A stretch of 63,985 bases of DNA, counting the filler, from Lama guanicoe (taxonomy: Eukaryota): the NCBI GenBank assembly GCA_013239625.1. It is 79 parts of 77 records of this genome, joined end to end, with 100 filler letters (N's around TTAATTAATTAA, not from the genome) between each part and the next. Parts side by side here need not be neighbours in the genome. Positions count along the whole stretch, not along the records: positions 61,156 to 61,947 come from PNXV01008494.1; positions 62,048 to 62,545 come from MU054588.1; positions 62,646 to 63,190 come from PNXV01008497.1; positions 63,291 to 63,793 come from PNXV01008498.1; positions 63,894 to 63,985 come from MU054675.1; 74 more parts are not named here. One strand, 5' to 3'. The notes under the pieces are model-generated. The model saw only the letters and a list, made by a program, of their open reading frames with translations, had not been told where the DNA came from and ran no database searches. Both the position numbers and the translations under genes were made by a program. Of the stretch, positions 61,156 through 63,985 are shown one piece after another (position 1 is the stretch's first letter; every line of letters begins with the position of its first letter).

Positions 61156-61947
61156 GCATGGGGAAGTTGAACGCAAAAAAAAAAATTAAATAACAAAATG
61201 ATGAGTGCTTCCTCCAACAGCGTCCCCTATAGCTGCTCACCCCCGAGCCGGCCACTTTGTCACCAGTGACCGTCGGCCAGGAAGCTCCGTTACGCACGTC
61301 ACGCACGTCACACAGCGACAGCCAGGAACTATGTGCCGAGCACGTTTGTGTAAAAGCAGGAATCGAGCATGATCCTGCAGACTTTGACTTTCCAAGTTTA
61401 AATACTTCATGAAAAGAATTCCTCAGCAGCTGCCTAAATCAATTCGCATCTCACTTTTTCAAAACATTCAAACAAATTTAATAAGGGTGCATTTGTCACC
61501 AAATATAAGGAGGACCAAACAGGTTCCTCAAAGCAAGGATTTTAACAGGTATCAAACTCCAGTGGGTGATGGGCTAACAAAACAAATATTTCAAAAAATT
61601 AGAAAATAAAAAGATGACCAGGATAATACATGGATCAAGGCAGCTGTTAAAGTTTTTGCTAAGAGACGGAGACAGTACTGAGGGCAATCTGGCTATTTCA
61701 TATGCAGGGTGTGAACAGCCCACATTTTCAGACACAACAACATGCTCACTGGGCAGTACAAGAGAAAAAGGAATAAAGAAAAAGGAAAAGAGGAACAAGA
61801 GAAAATTAGAAACACACAAGTACAAAAATGATTTTCACAGCATGTACAAAATTTACGTGGGTGTGTGAGGCCAGGGACACGGGGACGATGAGACCCAACC
61901 TCACCTCCTGCTCCAGGGAAGGCAAGGGCCTGAGGGGAGCGGTGCTG
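61156..61947 (-). repeat. Low-copy repeat unit, copy 3 (more diverged)
   Basis: Reverse complement is colinear with 49394-50117. Confidence 0.9.
61235..61320 (-). promoter_or_regulatory. Candidate CpG promoter / first exon within the low-copy repeat
   Basis: Two TGACGT (CRE/ATF-like) motifs at 61296-61310, GGAAG ETS core at 61280-61284, donor-like G/GTGAGC at 61235-61241, local CpG cluster. Confidence 0.4.
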
Positions 61948-62645
61948 NNNNNNNNNNNNNNNNNNNNNNNNNNNNNNNNNNNNNNNNNNNNTTAATTAAT
62001 TAANNNNNNNNNNNNNNNNNNNNNNNNNNNNNNNNNNNNNNNNNNNNTGGAAACATATAAAAGGCCAATACCCTTGGTGGGTACACCATTCAAAGACCAA
62101 AATCTCAGATTGACCACTGGCCATCCCGGTTCCCTGGGATTCATTCTTGGAGAACCTTAAAAACCACTCCTCTGTCCTCAAGAAGTGCTGCATATTTGTC
62201 CTATCTTTGGCTCAGGGATGGAGCACGTTCAAGTGAATTTTAATGTCTGCACAGATTTGACTGTCTTTCTCCAGGTTCACTTGTCCATTCCAAAGANNNN
62301 NNNNNNNNNNNCCGTAAGATCATTCCCTACAGTGACAGCTCATTGAGCCTGCAATTAAAAGCCAAGTGAACAAGACTGTCCTCAGCTAAAAATATCACCC
62401 ACCCTTCACTGTTTTCCTAATCTGCTCCCCTGGCTAATTGCAACAGACTAATACCTCCCTCCACCAAGATACCAAACTATGTCACTTTGTCTCCCCAAAA
62501 AGAAAGTAAAGTCCATAAAACAGGAGACAACTACATAGTCACCTCNNNNNNNNNNNNNNNNNNNNNNNNNNNNNNNNNNNNNNNNNNNNTTAATTAATTA
62601 ANNNNNNNNNNNNNNNNNNNNNNNNNNNNNNNNNNNNNNNNNNNN

Positions 62646-63190
62646 GAAACTTTGTGTTCCCAACAAGCTAGGTGAAGTACGGCTTTCACACACGTGTAAC
62701 TCTCAACATTGAGCATGTGGAGAGAGTTTCGTTCATCTAGCACAAAGGGAAAAGTTTACAGGGAATCAGTTACTCTGGTTTCTCAGTCTGTTTCCTAGTG
62801 CCGGTTTGAAGTTACTGCAGTTTTCACTGTATTTACGATTTGGAGCTTTTACCTCCCCATACGTATGTATGGAGTGGAGTCTGCAACTGAAGAGAAACTT
62901 TGTGTTCCCAACAAGCTCGGTGAAGTTCGGCTTTCACACACGCTTAACTCTCAAAACTGAGCATGTGGAGAGACGTTCGTTCATCTAGCACAAAGGGAAC
63001 AGTTTGAAAGAGTAACACTTACTCTGGTTTCTCTGTCTGTTTCCTAGTGCCGGTTTGAAGTTCCTGCAGTTTTCACTGTAAAACCGAGTAGGAGCTTGTA
63101 CCTCCCAATATATATGTGTGGAGTGGAGTCTGCAACAAAACAGAAACTTTGTGTTCCCAACGAGCTCGGTGAAGTACGGCTTTCACACAC
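62646..63190 (+). repeat. Satellite B subfamily variant
   Basis: GAAACTTTGTGTTCCCAAC at 62646, 62894 and 63143; diagnostic CCCAAC, CATCTAGC and CTGCAGTTTTC shared by its monomers. Confidence 0.93.
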
Positions 63191-63893
63191 NNNNNNNNNN
63201 NNNNNNNNNNNNNNNNNNNNNNNNNNNNNNNNNNTTAATTAATTAANNNNNNNNNNNNNNNNNNNNNNNNNNNNNNNNNNNNNNNNNNNNTTCCAGTATG
63301 TCACAACCTATCAATTTCATATGCTGTTTAACAACACGACCAAAAAACTTATTATACAGAATTGATTCCACGGAAATAAAATTATCTCTACTCCTTCAAA
63401 ATTTTTTTTCTTTTCTATTTTATTTTGTTTTGCTTATTGAAAAGAAAATAAAAGTCAAATAATTTTATTTCACATATATTTTATAGCTAAATATTGTAAA
63501 TACTACAAAGATATTTAAATTGTGATAAAACTGTTCATATATTAGTATAAAGATATATACACAATCAATGCAGATTAAGAAACGAGTGGATATTAACTAA
63601 AAATCCACTGCACATCCAGACTTTTACAAGCATATCCTGGAATATAAGCTCTATTATCCAGGGGTCACCCACCCCCATTCTCACTGCCAAGAAAGTCCCT
63701 TAGTAATCAGCTACCAAGGCACCAGCATAGAACCACGCAATCACTATTTTAGGTAAAAATGAGGGAATTAGCTCATTCAATTCTAAAACAAAANNNNNNN
63801 NNNNNNNNNNNNNNNNNNNNNNNNNNNNNNNNNNNNNTTAATTAATTAANNNNNNNNNNNNNNNNNNNNNNNNNNNNNNNNNNNNNNNNNNNN

Positions 63894-63985
63894 CGTTTCC
63901 TCCACTACCCACAGAGATGCACACGCTTATTCTTGTCTTTAGAGCCCAATCCCCACCATCGCTCACTGCTAGGTCTAGGAAAAAA
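63894..63985 (+). repeat. Satellite D, partial
   Basis: CCCCACCATCGCT.ACTGCTAGG.CTAGGAAAA matches ~53206-53238. Confidence 0.8.

Noticed and set aside
62048..62545. Possible ERV leader/gag on the minus strand (YWPLY-like peptide)
   Set aside because: One short motif with no supporting frame is too weak.
62881..62910. Similarity of satellite B variant ACTGAAGAGA to satellite C GACTGAAGAGAG, suggesting one origin for B/E and C/D
   Set aside because: Only about 10 bp match, with no colinear flanking anchors and different monomer lengths.
799..63849. Regularly recurring TTAATTAATTAA resembling a CRISPR repeat, recombination site or PacI array
   Set aside because: It is always centred in exactly 44+44 Ns, so it is an assembly linker. 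There are no cas-like or recombinase genes, and the DNA is mammalian.

Overview
This is not a contiguous locus. It is a mammalian draft-assembly bin of about 79 short unplaced scaffolds (mostly 0.2-1.5 kb), joined by an artificial 100-bp linker (44 N + TTAATTAATTAA + 44 N; about 78 copies counted by eye). Order and adjacency across linkers carry no biological meaning. The LINE-1 3' ends look cetartiodactyl, most like camelid L1 as I recall it (unverified). The content is mostly satellite DNA in six families: an AGAATAT-type 7-mer satellite (A), a ~249-bp family (B), two ~266-bp families (C, D), a ~247-bp AT-rich family (E) and a 39-bp G-rich minisatellite (F). There are also many LINE-1 fragments, some MIR, L2, LTR and DNA-transposon relics, a three-copy low-copy repeat with a promoter-like end, and one recognisable gene fragment (an olfactory receptor, OR2AK2-like). 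I found no intact gene cluster and no novel multi-gene system. The best signals are in the satellites: B and E are colinear descendants of one ~248-bp monomer, C and D of one ~266-bp monomer, and families A-E show higher-order structure. Almost all ORFs in the supplied track are artefacts of N-runs, satellites or decayed L1.
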